From: Macrostomum lignano
Lineage: Eukaryota
Direction of reading: 5' to 3'
DNA: 64,000 bases
NCBI GenBank assembly: GCA_002269645.1
Contig: NIVC01002285.1
Location: 122,835-186,834 of the forward strand
Below the pieces are notes generated by a model. The model worked only from the letters and a program-made list of their open reading frames with translations, was not told the DNA's origin and made no database searches. This document shows positions 1-13,300 of this stretch, in pieces. A program made the position numbers and the translations under genes. Each line of letters opens with the position of its first letter. The first letter of the stretch is position 1.

Positions 1-74
1 AGCGTCAACTCATCGCTGTAGTCGAAAAATGAGAACTGAACGTCAAAAGTTAGAAGAGACGCTAACAACGTTGA

Positions 75-380
75 ATGCGAAAGAAGACAATGCTGGAATC
101 ACATGTCAGTGGTGCGACAGAACACAAGGAATCCGATTGCCGAAAGCTGAAGAACGAACAGCAACCACTGGAGCCACTGTACCAACAAAGCCACGGCCGA
201 CAACAGGTCCGATGTGACAAGTGCAAGAAGTTTGGTCACACCGCAAAAACCTGTCGCAGCGACAAGATATGCTTCAACTGCAACAAGATGGGACACAGTG
301 CGCAACTGTCGAGCGCCCAAACAACAAGAGCAACAAGACAAAGCGTTTACCAAGCGGATTTTGAAGGACAGCCGTTTTGA
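75..380 (+). pseudogene. gag: Ty3/Gypsy gag fragment with two CCHC zinc knuckles
   Basis: CDKCKKFGHTAKTC and CFNCNKMGHSAQ(L) knuckles; frameshifted relative to the flanking ORFs. Confidence 0.8.
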
Positions 381-692
381 CGGAAGAACCAAAAATCCAA
401 AAACCCATCCAGGGTACGCCGAGTAAACCAGAAATCGCTAGACAAGAGAAAGTAAGTACAACGGAACCGACCGAGAAAACCCAGTGGACAGAACCCACTC
501 TGGAAGAACGCCGAGAGCGAAGTAAAAGACTGAACAAAAAAGTAGTCTATGTCGCGTTAGAGGAGACCAAAAAACTACGGATTCTGGAACTGGACGAACG
601 AAAAGAAGCCGTAATGCAGGACCTGGTCAAGCCAACAGGCACGACGATTAAGTCACAGGAGACGCAAACGTCAAACGAGGTGGCGATTCCAA

Positions 693-1000
693 ATGGACAA
701 AAAACGGAACCATTTTACCTACGTCAGTTCGAGGAGAGATGTACACGCACACATCATGACGATGATCTGTTGTTTCACAAAGTTTGCAATGGCACGAGCC
801 GTACCAGACTTGACAGCACAGACAACAGCTACGACATTGTCCGAGACATTCAGGATATTTGGTATACCTAGAGAAGTGACAACAGACAACGGACGGAAAT
901 TTACAGCGAAACTGTTGGAGGAAGCTTTCGCACTGATGGCAGTCAAACACATACTGTGTTCATATACTCACCGAGGAGTAACTTTATGGAACGATTACAT
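693..1000 (+). pseudogene. Ty3/Gypsy integrase catalytic core fragment
   Basis: ICCFTKFAMARAV...FRIFGIPREVTTDNGRKFT is an rve core motif. No RT or RNase H between it and gag. Confidence 0.8.
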
Positions 1001-2011
1001 TCAACACTCGAGAAATCACCAGAAACAATCTGTAGCACAGGAAGCACTGTAGAGATTTCCAAAATACAGTGCAAAGTAAACTACTATAAGTAGTAACGTA
1101 AAAATGCGAAAAAAAAACTCGAAAGCTTAAAATTCCAAATTGTCACACTCTTTTTTTAAGACCACGAAAGCAACAAATGATCATCTTTTGCAACATTTAA
1201 ATTTAGAACTCTGAATATGGTACGAGTATTTGATGCTCAAATCTAGTGTATTCTAAAGGGTCTAATTTTTAAAACGCAAAACTGTCAACTACTAAAAATA
1301 AGCAGTTTTCCGCAAGATTTTCCCATAAATACAAGCCAAAATCCGAGCTAAAAATCTCAGACTCGGAGCAGCCTCAAAACACCTTGGGCATACTGCAGAA
1401 GCTAATCGAGGCTACATATCTGAGGGAGAAGCAAACCAATTGGTGAGCCTTTGTTCGAGCTTTTGTTATTTGGATTACTGAGAGCGATTTTATTGCCGGC
1501 CGTTATTGATCAGTTGATTTAACTGAGTTCATTGAATTTGAGGCCTCACATTTTCCTAAGGGATTGGATAGGATCTGTGGACCGATTCCGATACCCTTAG
1601 AGGATTATTGATTTATTGATTTGGATTATCCTAGAGTAACCGATAGGAGCAAACCACTCCGATTCCGTTATTTCTAGAAGAAGACGCCCTTTTTGGAGGA
1701 CCTCGTTATTGTTATAGAAAGTTGACTTTGTTATTAGGGCGCATCGTTGATATTGCTTTTTGAATCTGAGGCCTATATTGATTTCTGCATTCGAGGAATA
1801 CTGCGACGTCAACGGATTTAATTGTTACGCTGTCACCTTCGGCCGATTTTAGACTTCAAGAAGACTACCCCGGGAGGAACAGCTCTACAGACACGCGCGA
1901 CAAAGAAGAGGAGCCCGCAACAGTAAGTGATCACTAAATTTTGTTCCCAGGCTTAGGGTCTGGAAGTGGGAGTCTTCGGGTGACTGATCACCACCCGATC
2001 AAACTCTTCAG

Positions 2012-2227
2012 CACAAAACCGAACGCACAAACAAACTAGCTCGTAACAAGGGGCGACAGCAAACGACTCTACAAGTAGGTGACAGAGTCAAGAATACAAA
2101 ACCACTAAGAACTGCAAAACATCAACCACGATTCTCGGGACCGTATAGAGTGATTCGGAAATTCAACGAAACGAATGCGGCCATTCGATCGGATGACAAG
2201 AACAAGGAACCAATCCGGGTACACGTC
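2012..2227 (+). pseudogene. Gypsy integrase C-terminal region, part 1 (cut by insertion)
   Basis: Manual translation LQVGDRV...PRFSGPYRVIRKFNETNAAIRSDDKNKEPIRVHV (GPY/F motif); ends at the TSD CACGTC at 2222-2227. Confidence 0.8.
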
Positions 2228-2627
2228 ACTACATATCGCGCCAAAAGTGGTTGATTTTCAGATGTTTTGACGCAAAAAACGCAAATTATACTACTATCTG
2301 AAAATGAAGTAAGTAGTATACAAAAACGCTATCCTAAGCGTGATATGGCAATATGTAGTCGTAATAATCCATGTGCTCATATATGTACATTAATTCCATG
2401 TACATTAATCCCTATCTATCTCAAATTGGATATGTACATTAATTCCATGTACATTAATCCATATCTCAAATGTCCATGTCTATCCCCAATTCTATATGTA
2501 CACTTACATTAATCTACAGTGTCATCCCCAGACGTCCCGCGCGCACCAACATTACATGTACAATGCTACATGTACACAGAGGTGAGAATTACTAATCTCA
2601 TCTACTACCAAATGAGTCAACTAACCG
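2228..2627 (+). repeat. Left terminal inverted repeat of E1
   Basis: First ~90 bp identical to the reverse complement of the right end; patchy similarity continues to ~2627 (AATCTCA-CTACTACCAAATGAGTCAACTAAC block). Confidence 0.9.
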
Positions 2628-3002
2628 TGTAGCGTACATCATGTATAAGTATTTACAATGGAGATATATTTACATTTAATCAGTAGCATATTACAGGAAT
2701 CAAGACATGTACACCATCACCAGCAAATAGAATATACAGAAAATTTTACATTGTTTTTCAATAATTTTCTCTTCATAAATGATTTTAAACAGGTTTGACA
2801 TGCAAAATATGTACAATAGATTTTTACATTGGCAATTTCGCCACACGCAATGCAAAAATGTTTTATGTACATTGAAATATATACAGCAAATAGATTCTGA
2901 TAAATACAGCAGTATTACAATGCAAATTATGTACAATAAATAGATTTTACTAATTTAATATTGCAAAATGTACATTGAATCGTCAGTTATAATTGGATTA
3001 CA

Positions 3003-6000
3003 TTATTTATAGCCATAAGGCCTGCTGCAGGCCCCGTACACACGTTTTGTCAGGACGCGCTGAAACGTCTTGTCCATATTGATCGTGTGTATGGTACAAG
3101 ACGCCTTGTCGCGCCTGAACTGAAACTGCGGCAGTTTCAGGGAGCCGCCGTGTAGCAGGGCATTGCGCAAGTCGTCACTGCGTTCCCGAATCTCCGGAGT
3201 CAGGCGGATGCCCTTGCATTTCAAGACCTGGCTCTGGACTCCGGCCGCATCCTCGACAATGTAAGTGTAGAGCTTGGGCCCTCCACTTACAAAGTCGGTC
3301 ATCCGGCTGCCTGCGGGCACCTCGTCGGTCCACATTCCGAGGCTCGTGCCATGGGGCGGCTCCCATTGGCCCTCGGAATGCCGGTAAACGACCCTGGGTG
3401 TGGGGAGAGAGATAATTAGTTCCACATGCCAACTATTCAATTCTAAAATAATTTATCAATGCATTACTTACGAGTCAGTGTCGCAGTAAATGGCCCGTTC
3501 GCCGAGCCCCTCCAATGCCTCGTACAGGCGCAGCCGGGCCTGCGTGGTCGTAAAGACACCGATTGGCACATTGGAGTACCGGAAGGGCCGCTGATTAAAG
3601 TAGCGGTGCCGGTACTCTAGCAGCATAAACTCGCTGCCAATCGGTTCGCAGGCCTTGACTTTGAGGTTGGGGTCGGTCAGCCGGGCGAGCCAGTCCTCGT
3701 AGCTGGATACTATTTCTGTCGATGTCAGGTCGTCACGCTGACAAAATTTGCCCCAGAGCCTGTGTGTTGTGAAAAGAAGTGCTACTATTAGTAGAAGAAA
3801 ATCGTTTAAAAAACAGAATTTATAATTACTTACGAATTCAAAAAGATTTTCGCTACAAAGCGAAGTCCGGGGTTGGGCTCGACCTTGTCCAGCGTGACGC
3901 CCTCCTTTGCAAAGAAATCGGCAATATAGGCGGCCTTGTCTTCATCCGACATGCCGGGGGAGCCGCTCGACTCAGCCTTCAATTTGAGGAAGGTGCTGAC
4001 ATAGTCACTGAACAGACCGGTCCGCTTCTCTGTCCAGTAGGCTAGCGCGTGCACCACCTGCAGCCGGTAGCCCAACTGGAAGGCCTTCCGCAGCTCCGGC
4101 GTGGCCCAGGTACCAGTCAGTGCCCGCTGCTCGTCTGAGTGGTCACAATCGTCGCCGCACTGCTGCTCCATACAGGGGCGGCAAAGCCCAAAAAAGAGCT
4201 TCTTTTGCACCCTGTAGGGCAGCAGCGGAATGTGCAAATTTGACGGCGGCAACACAGTCACTTTGGCAATACCAAAGTAACTAGCCAGCGCGTCAGAATC
4301 TAGCACTTGCGGCGTCGGATGTTGCACCGGGTGGCCAATCGGGTACGGGTCCTTTGACTGCACCGTCGGGTACAGAGAGACCTGCCAGTTGAAATAAAAC
4401 ATTATTTTCATAAACTGTATTTTTGCAAAATATTCTACTATATCAGTAGTATCACTACTCACCACATCCCGATATTTGAGAGTCTCAGTCTCGCTGGCCA
4501 CAGCATGCGGGATAAAACACTCTACGCGGCCGCCATAGAGAGCATCTTCCATCTTGAGTGGAGCGCGCAGATGTGCAGTTGCGGCAATGAAATCGGCCTG
4601 CGACGCCAATACAGTGTCGTATTCGTGTTCCTAAATTGTACGAACACTGTAGTTTTGCCGCTCCAACACGCGAGTGAACCACTCAGTCTCGTGGCGGATA
4701 TGGCTCAGAGGCTGCCGTTTGAGCGGGTGGACAGCATCCTGATCAGGCATGCACTGCTCGCAGCCATGGTAGAAACAGCCATGAAACTGCAAGACAGTGT
4801 TGCTCGCCTCATCAAAACCATCCACCTTGCGGCCAAGAATGACAGCCTCGCCGCCAGTCGAGTCGCAGGTGCGCAGCCGCCCGCCAAATTCGGTGGCATT
4901 CAAATAAGTCAGCCACTTGCGCGCCTTGAACGACTGCTGGTCGGCCTGCCGGGCAATCACGCCGACCGAGTTGGGCTCCATAAATCGGGTGGTGAAAACG
5001 GCCATTGCCAAACTGGCAATCGTATTGGCCTGTACAAATGGTTCCAGGCCGTCGCAAATTTCACCAATTATTGTCCTGTACTTGATGCAGCCCTCGCGAA
5101 GCAGGACTGTGTCGCTCAAACAATAATCGAGATATTCCCGATTAAAGTTGAATAATTCGCCCTGTCGCGAGGCTAACCAAGCACAGATTGAGTCATAGTC
5201 CTTGTTTGCTTTGCCGCCATAATATTCAATAGCCGGGTAGGAGCCCACGTAGTTCCAATTAGCCGGCTTGTTGAACTCGTGGGGAAACGTCCCCTTGGCC
5301 AGCTTTGTGTCATCGAGCCCCAGCGCTTTTGGGAATTGCGCAAGCGGGATTGGTATAAAATTTAGAGAATCTTTAAATACCAATTTGTCAACCGTCATGC
5401 TCATTAGCCGGCTGCCCTGGAACAGTACTTGGGGCCGCTTCTTGGCCAGGCCATTTAGCAGAGCGCCAAGCAGTAGAAACGCATCATAGCCTGATGCATT
5501 ATGCGCTACAACAATGGCGCCGCCACGGAATGTGGTGCTCAGCCAGGCGAAAAAAGCATTCAGCGAGGCCGGGCCCACAGCCACAAAATCGGCCATTTGG
5601 CAGGCGCAGTCTGAGTGGCTGACGCAATTGGAGAATTCCTCCCCCAGATCGCGGCCAGTCAGACAGTTGGCGGCGCTATGCAGGCCATTGCAGAGGCGGC
5701 AAGTCTCGCGCGGAAACGCCCGGCCGGAGCAGGTCTCGCAGCACGTGACGGCAGTCACCAGGTGCACGTGATGCTGCTTCTCCTCGTCCGTGTACGTTTC
5801 CGTATCGTAGAACACGTACGGCATAGTCGAAGCTTTCACTTTGGGAGCCTTGACGAAGCACAAATGCGAGCCGGCCTCGTCGTACTGTTTACACAGTGGG
5901 CACTTGACATGCCCGCACTTGTGATCCGGCTCCCTTTGGCCGACCTTTAGCTCCTCGCAATACCCGCAATTGGGGCAGACGCGGGTGGTGTTGCAGCGCG

Positions 6001-8328
6001 ACCGGCCAGCCCGGTTCTTGCGAAGGTGATTCTCAAAACACTGCGGATTGTAACAATTCAATCCGCAGTCAGCACAGCGTTTGTAGTCACGCTGCAGGCT
6101 CTTGCAATTGGTGCCGGGAACTTTACATTGAGGGCAGGTGTTGGCGCACTTGTGCTCTCTATACTTGCAGTCGTACGGCTGCTGGCAGCGGTCGCAATAG
6201 CGGCGGGCACCGAAAAATGGCGGCACCTTGCACACTGCGTTAAAGTGCTCGCTAATTAGGTGCAAATTCAGCACTTCGCGGCCGGGCAGGGCATACACAC
6301 ATGTATTGCCCTCCTCGGCACTGTATACCCGGACGCCGAAATCCCGGCCGGGCGACTGGGCGTTCAGGGCCGCGAGCAGTTGGGGGAGCATGTCAACCCC
6401 GAAAGGCCCGGCCTGTGCAACGGTTGATAAAGACTAAAACATTTGTATATTAATAAAAATGCAAAATAAAATGTGCAAGAATATTTTTTACTCACAGAAT
6501 ACAATTTGGCGGCAATCTGAAGTTCCCCAGTCAGCTTTGTCTGCAGTGGGGAGTCCGCCTTGATGGTCCGCCAAGCCTGTCTAGTAATGGCCTTGGCCTC
6601 CAGATCGGCGAAAGCCTTGGCCACCACCAGTGCCCGAATGAGGCACCGCTTGTCGCTGTTGGCGATGACCACGTAGTTATAGCCAATTGAATGGCGTGCC
6701 TGAATGTGCCGCTCCGCCGCATCTAAGCTGCCGCAGCCGCCCCGCGGGACCCAGGCCTTGAGCAAAAACAATTTAAAGTTGTTGCCCAAGACACTGGAGT
6801 CCGACTGCAGCACCTTGTTGATGTGCTTGAAAACAAGCTCTGCAGTGAAGCGGGCGGCGCGGACCGGCAGGACATTGATGGCAAGCATCATGTTGTCGCC
6901 AGTCAACTTGGCCGAAACAAAATCGTTTGCGTGTAGGTCGGCGCAAAGCACAGAAATTATGCCACCAAACGTGGCGCGAATATCAGTGGTATCGGTGAAC
7001 GATACCACATATTCAACACCTGTTGCTTTAAATTTTGGCAGGGCCTTTGCCCCGCCAAGACGCGCAATAAAGCCTGAAAAATGGAGGGTTTTGAAATTAG
7101 AATTGCGAGAGGCTGCAGGTGAATGACTCATAAAATCAACTCCTTACCATCGCCTTCGACAGTGTCGGGCTGGGGCGGGGGTTGAAATTGAGCCAAATCT
7201 GCAATAAAAATGCGCATGGCGACTAAAATTCTGACCGCTTGGAATTTTACAACTGTCAAAAACTTTTGATTGATTGCCTGCAGCAGCAGCAATTTTATCG
7301 CCCCACCCCAAGCAACAAAAATTGGCGAGTTGTAAAAACCCCAACTCGGCACGTTCCGACACGTAGCAACAAAAGAAATGTGGGGTTGATTGACCCCGCT
7401 TCGAATTTTAGGCTGTCAAAATTGTTTGATTGATGACCCTGATAACACAGATCCTGCCGCAGCAGCCATTGTAAAATTTAAGAAAACCCCTATCAGCACG
7501 TGCCTCCATTGTACCTCCTTGACACCTAGCAACAATACCGCGCGGCCGCTTTTGGATTTTTAAAGCTGTCTGATTAATAACCCTCACTGTAGCAGCCAAG
7601 TTTTATTGCTGCCAAAACCCCTACTGTCAATTGCAGCGGTGATTACATAATCATGCCCAAAAATCGGGGGTTGATTTTATCACTGCCGCCTGCCCGCCCC
7701 CCGCTAAGTCACGCGCTCGCCACAGGATTGCTGTTTTTGCTTCTCTAGTCACATAACCCCAGAAATTTTATGACTATCCTCTACAGGCATTATCCGGCTA
7801 TACTGCTGTTGCGGATATTCTCTAAAACTCTGTTATTTCAGCAGGCCTGAATTTGAGAAATCCAACTTCAACATCTATGTCAAGAGGAAATTCAGAAATT
7901 TTAAGCCAAAATGAATGTTAAAGATGGAAAGATGTGGCTTCAAAGAAAGCCCATATTTCAACAAGCGTTAAGTTTGCAAATCACACAAATGCTAAAGCTG
8001 AAAAGCAATTACAGAAATTTTAAGCCAAAATGAATGTTAAAGATGGAAAGCTGTGGTTTCAAAGAAAGCCCATATTTCAACAAGCGTGAAGTTTGCAAAT
8101 CACACACAAATGCTAAAGCAATTATACAGCCCTATTTTTCTGATTTTAGATTTTGCAAATGCTAAAAGCATAGTTTAACGCGCGCAGAGACTCACCTAGC
8201 TGTCGTCCCCTCTTTGCTGCCGGAGGCTGATGCTGCTGCTGTTGTTGCTGCGGTTGCTGCCTGGATGGGCCGGCCTGCCCCCACAAGGCTGAAATAGCCG
8301 CTTCCGCAGCAGAGCGCTTCGATGCCAT
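3003..8328 (-). pseudogene. Protein-primed family B DNA polymerase (Polinton group-1, VSR type), 7 exons, one internal TAG
   Basis: Exons 8328-8196, 7198-7148, 7112-6496, 6433-4463, 4381-3834, 3759-3472 and 3393-3003 total 3999 nt with consistent phases and GT-AG introns. Motifs: NSDKRC...EHF (OTU-like), Cys-rich region, YDTET, AHNASGYD, VDG...FHGCFYHGC, YRDV|VSLYP, KIFLNS|LWGKF, YCDTDS|V. TAG at 4631-4633. Exons 1-2 are less certain than exons 3-7. Confidence 0.9.
7893..8119. repeat. Two-copy tandem repeat, period ~119 bp, inside pPolB intron 1
   Basis: CAGAAATTTTAAGCCAAAATGAATGTTAAAGATGG... starts at 7893 and at 8012. Confidence 0.85.
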
Positions 8329-8854
8329 TTCGATGGGCACGCGAAGGCGTATTCAGCATGCCAGTGAAGTATGAGACAGACTAGGCCCATGGGCTAAGGT
8401 CTGCGATGCTTCACGCCTGCCCCTATCTTCAGCAGGTCAAGGCTGGTGGGAGGTCTGCACCCTCTATTTGCCTCTGGCAGCCGCAGACCCCCCCCCCACG
8501 CTGTCTCGCAAGTCGACCCAGGGTACTCGTCCCCGCGTGTGTTCAAGGCAGTCCCTAGGGCTGCTGGACAGACTGGGCTCCGGCGCTGGCGACCCTATCC
8601 AGTGGCTTCGGCCGAATTTGGGTATGCGGGTCTGGCTCGCCAACCTGCAGGCCGTGGTACTGCTCAACGTACTCTCTAATGCCTAAGGTGTTGACCGTGC
8701 CGATGGGCTGGAAGGCCGGGGAGTAGTCCGGTCGCAAGCGGTCCCCCTCCTGGTGTCGGGCCAGCCTTGAGGGTGCTATTGGCCTACTGCCCGGTCAGGT
8801 GGAGCGCCGGGTGGGTACCGCGCCCCTTTGAGGGTAGCCCACCAACCTTTTATC

Positions 8855-10359
8855 ATGGCCTTCGAGCCGTCTATGGATAATCAAGCTAACTCTAGGGACG
8901 GGGACCCTTCTAAACCCCAACCTCAGTCCGAAGGACCGGCCGGCCCTGCTGGCAGATCCCAACCGACTGATTCAACTGTGGCAAAGGAAGGACCGGCTGG
9001 CTCTGCTGGCAGATCCGACCAGAGCTACCAAACTCAAAATACCCAAAGACCTGCCAGCTCCGCTGGTGGATCTAAGGGAACCGCGAGCTCTGAGCCTAAA
9101 GGACCGGCCAAATCTGGCAGATTCGATGAAGCTCAGCGGGCTCGGCTTGAGCGCAAACGCGCTAAACAACGCGCCAAAAGGCAGGCCAAGAAGGGAGCTG
9201 CGGGGGCCAAAGCGGCGGCGTCCACCATGGATGCTGAAGCGACTGGAGTCCCAAGGCAACCAGGCGGGCCGGCCGGTGGAAGCTCCAGTAGTTCAGCGGC
9301 GGCGCTCCCTGGAGCTGCTGCCGCGGCTGCTGAGGCCGAAACCACGGCGCAACAAATGGCCACTGCCAACAAGGAGTTCCTTCGGGAGCTACCTTTGCGG
9401 CGAAGGCCAAGGCCAAAATCCCGGGAGTGATCATCCAAGGTCGCGACCAGGACTGGACCACTGATCAGCTTCAAAAAGTGTGGAGTGCTGTTGACTCCTA
9501 TCTGATTGAGCTGACTGTCGAGGAGGGAATCTCCATCGGCATTGAGCGGATGGTGCTGCGAAGCACATTCGTTCTTATTGCTCCTAGCAGCGAGGAGGAC
9601 GCTCGGCGGCTGCTCCAGCGGCTACCGACGGTCTCCTTGGATGCTGACCTTGGCGGAGCTCTTTTTCTTCGCGAGGGCCAGCGTCCAAAGACGATACCCT
9701 ATGTGGTTTTCGTCCCTGCTAAGAGCACCGCAGCTGGACCAGACGTTATTCGCCGGGTCCTACTGCGTCTGAACCCCGACCTCCCTGCTAGTGGACTGGT
9801 GTATCACCGTAAAGTCCGCAGGGGGGAGACGGGCAACTCAATTGTCCTCGGCCTTTCCAGCACTTGGGCGAGTCGGTACCCTAATGGATCCTCTTTCCAG
9901 CTGGGTGCCCTCAAGCTCAAGATGCGCCGAGGAAAGTCTGCCAAAGGGAAGGCTACTGCCAACCCCGGCATCTCCGGCAAGAGCGGGGCGCAGTCTAAGG
10001 CCCAAGGAAAGGCGCAAGCCGATCCCAAAGCCAAAGCTGCATCTCGCCCCTCTGCTAGCAGCAGTTCGGCGACCGCGGTAACGGCTCCGGCCAAGCCCCG
10101 GGAACCAAACCTGCCAGTCGGAGAAGGAGTTGAGGACGAGGCCGGGTCTTCGGAATCCGAGCTCTCCTCGGCCACCTTGGTGGGGTCTGAAGGTAAAGAT
10201 GCAGGTGAGGAAGCTTCCTCCATCCTGTCATCGGAGCCTGAGGACTCTGCTGGGGGGGCCGGTGGGGGTGAGGAGGCCATGGACGTCGACCAACTCCCAT
10301 CTCCCAGTCAAGCCCCAGCGGCCTGGGACGAGGACGATCTGTTGTCCAAGTCTCCTTGA
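8855..10359 (+). pseudogene. LINE ORF1 (gag-like), one frameshift near 9427
   Basis: Basic, low-complexity N-terminus and a globular C-terminal half (IIQGRDQDW...); lies directly upstream of ORF2. Confidence 0.7.
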
Positions 10360-10397
10360 TGGCCCGGGCTCTAGCCAGCTATTGCATTTAGTACAGT

Positions 10398-13300
10398 ATG
10401 ACTAAGCTCCACGCTGCCAAAGGAGCGACATTCTGTCTGCAAATTAATTTACAGCATTGCGTATCTGCGTCAGTAAATCTGATGAAGATTGCTGAGCTGT
10501 ACAGGCCAGGCCTCATCCTGATCCAGGAACCCTGGATGCGCAACGGTAAGTTGCCCAACATTCCCTCTGGCTACTCTGATTTTTATGTGTGTGGCCCGGG
10601 GAACAGCCGCCCTAGAGCGGCTATCCTCGCTGCTAGCCATCTCCAGGCTTGGCTGAGGACTGATCTCTCTGATGGAGACCTTTGCGTCATCCAATCTAAT
10701 CATTTCTCTCCGCGTACGTGTCTTGTTGCCTCGGTTTATATCCCAGGCGACAGAGACCCTGCTCCTGAGAGTTTACTGCGCCTCGCGCAGTACTGCGAGT
10801 CCCAGAACGCTGAGCTGTGCTTAGGGGGTGACCTCAACGCGCACCACAAGCACTGGGGCAGCAAAGATACCAAACTAGAGGAGAGGAGCTTCTGGCCCTC
10901 ATCTCTAACACAAACCTCATGCTCTGCAACCGCGGCAGCACTCCTACCTTTAATAATGGCAGATGGACCGAGGTCCTCGACGCCACACTCGTTACCCCAA
11001 GACTCTTTGACAGAGTTGAGGAGTGGAGAGTCTGGTCTGAGGAGCCCTCCCTGTCTGACCACTGCTTTATCGCCTTTAACATCGCGGACACTAAAACCCA
11101 GTCTCCGATCACTTGGAGACGCAATATCCGCAACACTGATTGGGCGGCCTACAAGGCTGCCCTTGATCTGCACCTGCAGGAACTCACGGACTTACGTCCG
11201 ATTGAGACCTGCGAGGATGTGGATCATATGGCTGAGACGCTGACAGGTTGCATTATTGAAGCCTACGAAGCGGCTTGTCCTGCTCGCGCCTACAAAGGCA
11301 AGACCTCGGCGCCGTGGTGGAACCCGGAGCTGGGGAAACTCAGGCGGAAGGCCAAAAGCCTTCATCGCCGTGCCATGAAGACCGGAAACCCGGAGGACAT
11401 GGAGCTTTTCCGGCAAGCCTCCCGCAATTTCAAATCTGAAGTGCGCAAGGCCAAGGAATGTAAGTGGCGCCAATTCTGCAATGAATTGGATCAAGACAGA
11501 CCTACTTCTAGGCTTGTCAAGGCCCTTACAATGGACAAAATGTCCAAATTAGCCATGATCAAAAAAGATGATGGCTCTCTTACTAAAGACCCTGAAGAAG
11601 TGCTTCAGCATATGCTTAGCACATTCTTCCCGAGGGTACCTACTGCTAGACCGGAGCCCAACCATTCGATGGATGGAGCCACCCTAGCGGCGGGCATTGT
11701 CACTGAAGACCTAATCGCTCGTGCGGTCAGAACCTTCAAACCCTTCAAATCTCCTGGACCTGATGGTATCTACCCTGTTCTCTTCGTGAAGCAGCCAAGA
11801 TACCCTCGTTCCTGAGACTCACCCGCAATCTTATGCGGGCCTCTATCCAGCTGGGATACGTTCCCAAATGCTGGACTGAAGCTCGGTAGTCTTTATTCCC
11901 AAACCTGGGAAGGGTGACTACCAAAGCGTCAAGGCCTTCCGGCCTATTAGCTTAACGTCAGCAATGCTTAAGCTCACTGAGAGGCTTATTCTCTGGCGGC
12001 TGCTGTCCTGCGAGCTGACAGCGATGCCCCTCAGCAATAATCAGCACGCCTTCCGTACCGGGAGGTCGACTGACAGCGCCCTGCATGCGATTGTCGAGAA
12101 GATTGAAAGGGCGGTACTGGGTGACGGTTACGCTCTGGCTCTCTTTCTTGACATTGTTGGCGCCTTCGACAACGTTATCTTTGAAGCGTTTCAGAGGGCC
12201 CTTCAAAATCGCAAAGCTCATGCTACCCTCATACGGTGGATCATGTACATGATCTCCAACCGTACGGTCACTGCCCAACTTCTTGGGCAAACTGCCTCCA
12301 CCAGAGTCTGTAAGGGTGGACCCCAAGGCGGAGTCCTCACCCCGACGCTCTGGAACCTGGTCATGGACGCTCTTTGAGTGACTCCCGACCCGACCCCGTC
12401 TTCAAAGTCGGGTATGCTGATGACGTCACGGCCATTGTGGCAGGACCGTCTCCCAGCACGCTCAGGGATCTGATGCAGAGCTTTATCCGCAAAGCAGAAT
12501 CCTGGGCCAATGACAATGGTCTGGAACTCTCTGAGCCCAAAACCGTTGCCATTATGTTTACCAGCAGACTACGCTGGAACATACGTCCTCTGCAGCTCTA
12601 CGGCAGAGATATTGCCTTCGCGCACCAGACCAGATGTCTCGGGGTCACACTTGACCACCGGCTCAACTGGTCCTTCCACGTGAAAGCAAAAGCCAAGCGT
12701 GCCTCAGCCATCCTGGCCCAGCTCCGACGAGCACTTGGCACTTCTTGGGGTCTATCCCAAAGCGGCTTTGGTGGATCTATACTTCCGTAGTTAGACCTGC
12801 CATTACGTACGCCTCTGTTGTCTGGGTTAGCGCTACCCAGGTCAAAAGCCATGCAGACCTGCTCAACACGATCCAAGGCAGAGCGTGTAGGCTCATCTGC
12901 AACGCCACCAGGTCCACGCCCTTTGCTGGCATGGGGGCCTTCCTTAATCTTCCGCCTCTTGACCTCTTCATCAGGGGTGAGGCGGCTAGAACGACGCGGC
13001 GTCTAATTGATGCCGGCGTCAAATTCATTTACATGAGAGCACCTGCTAAGCGGAACCTTGTCCCGCATAGCGATCTGTGCCTCAACTTTCTCAACGAGTG
13101 TCAGGCCAATCGCGTCTTCACCGATGGCATTGCCTCAACGCTCAACCTGAGACAGCGCTACTCCGTAGCTATCGACTCGCGCGATAACATCAATGACCAT
13201 TGGAACCCTGGTGAGCTTCATTGCTACACCGACGGTTCTAAGCAGTCAGCCAACACCGGCTTTGGTGTTGGAATCTTTCTGAACGGGAGGGTCATCGCTA

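Noticed and set aside
1053-1990. Sequence between the two integrase fragments, including an intron-like GTAAGT...CCCAG
   Set aside because: No boundaries, TSD or coding signal could be established.
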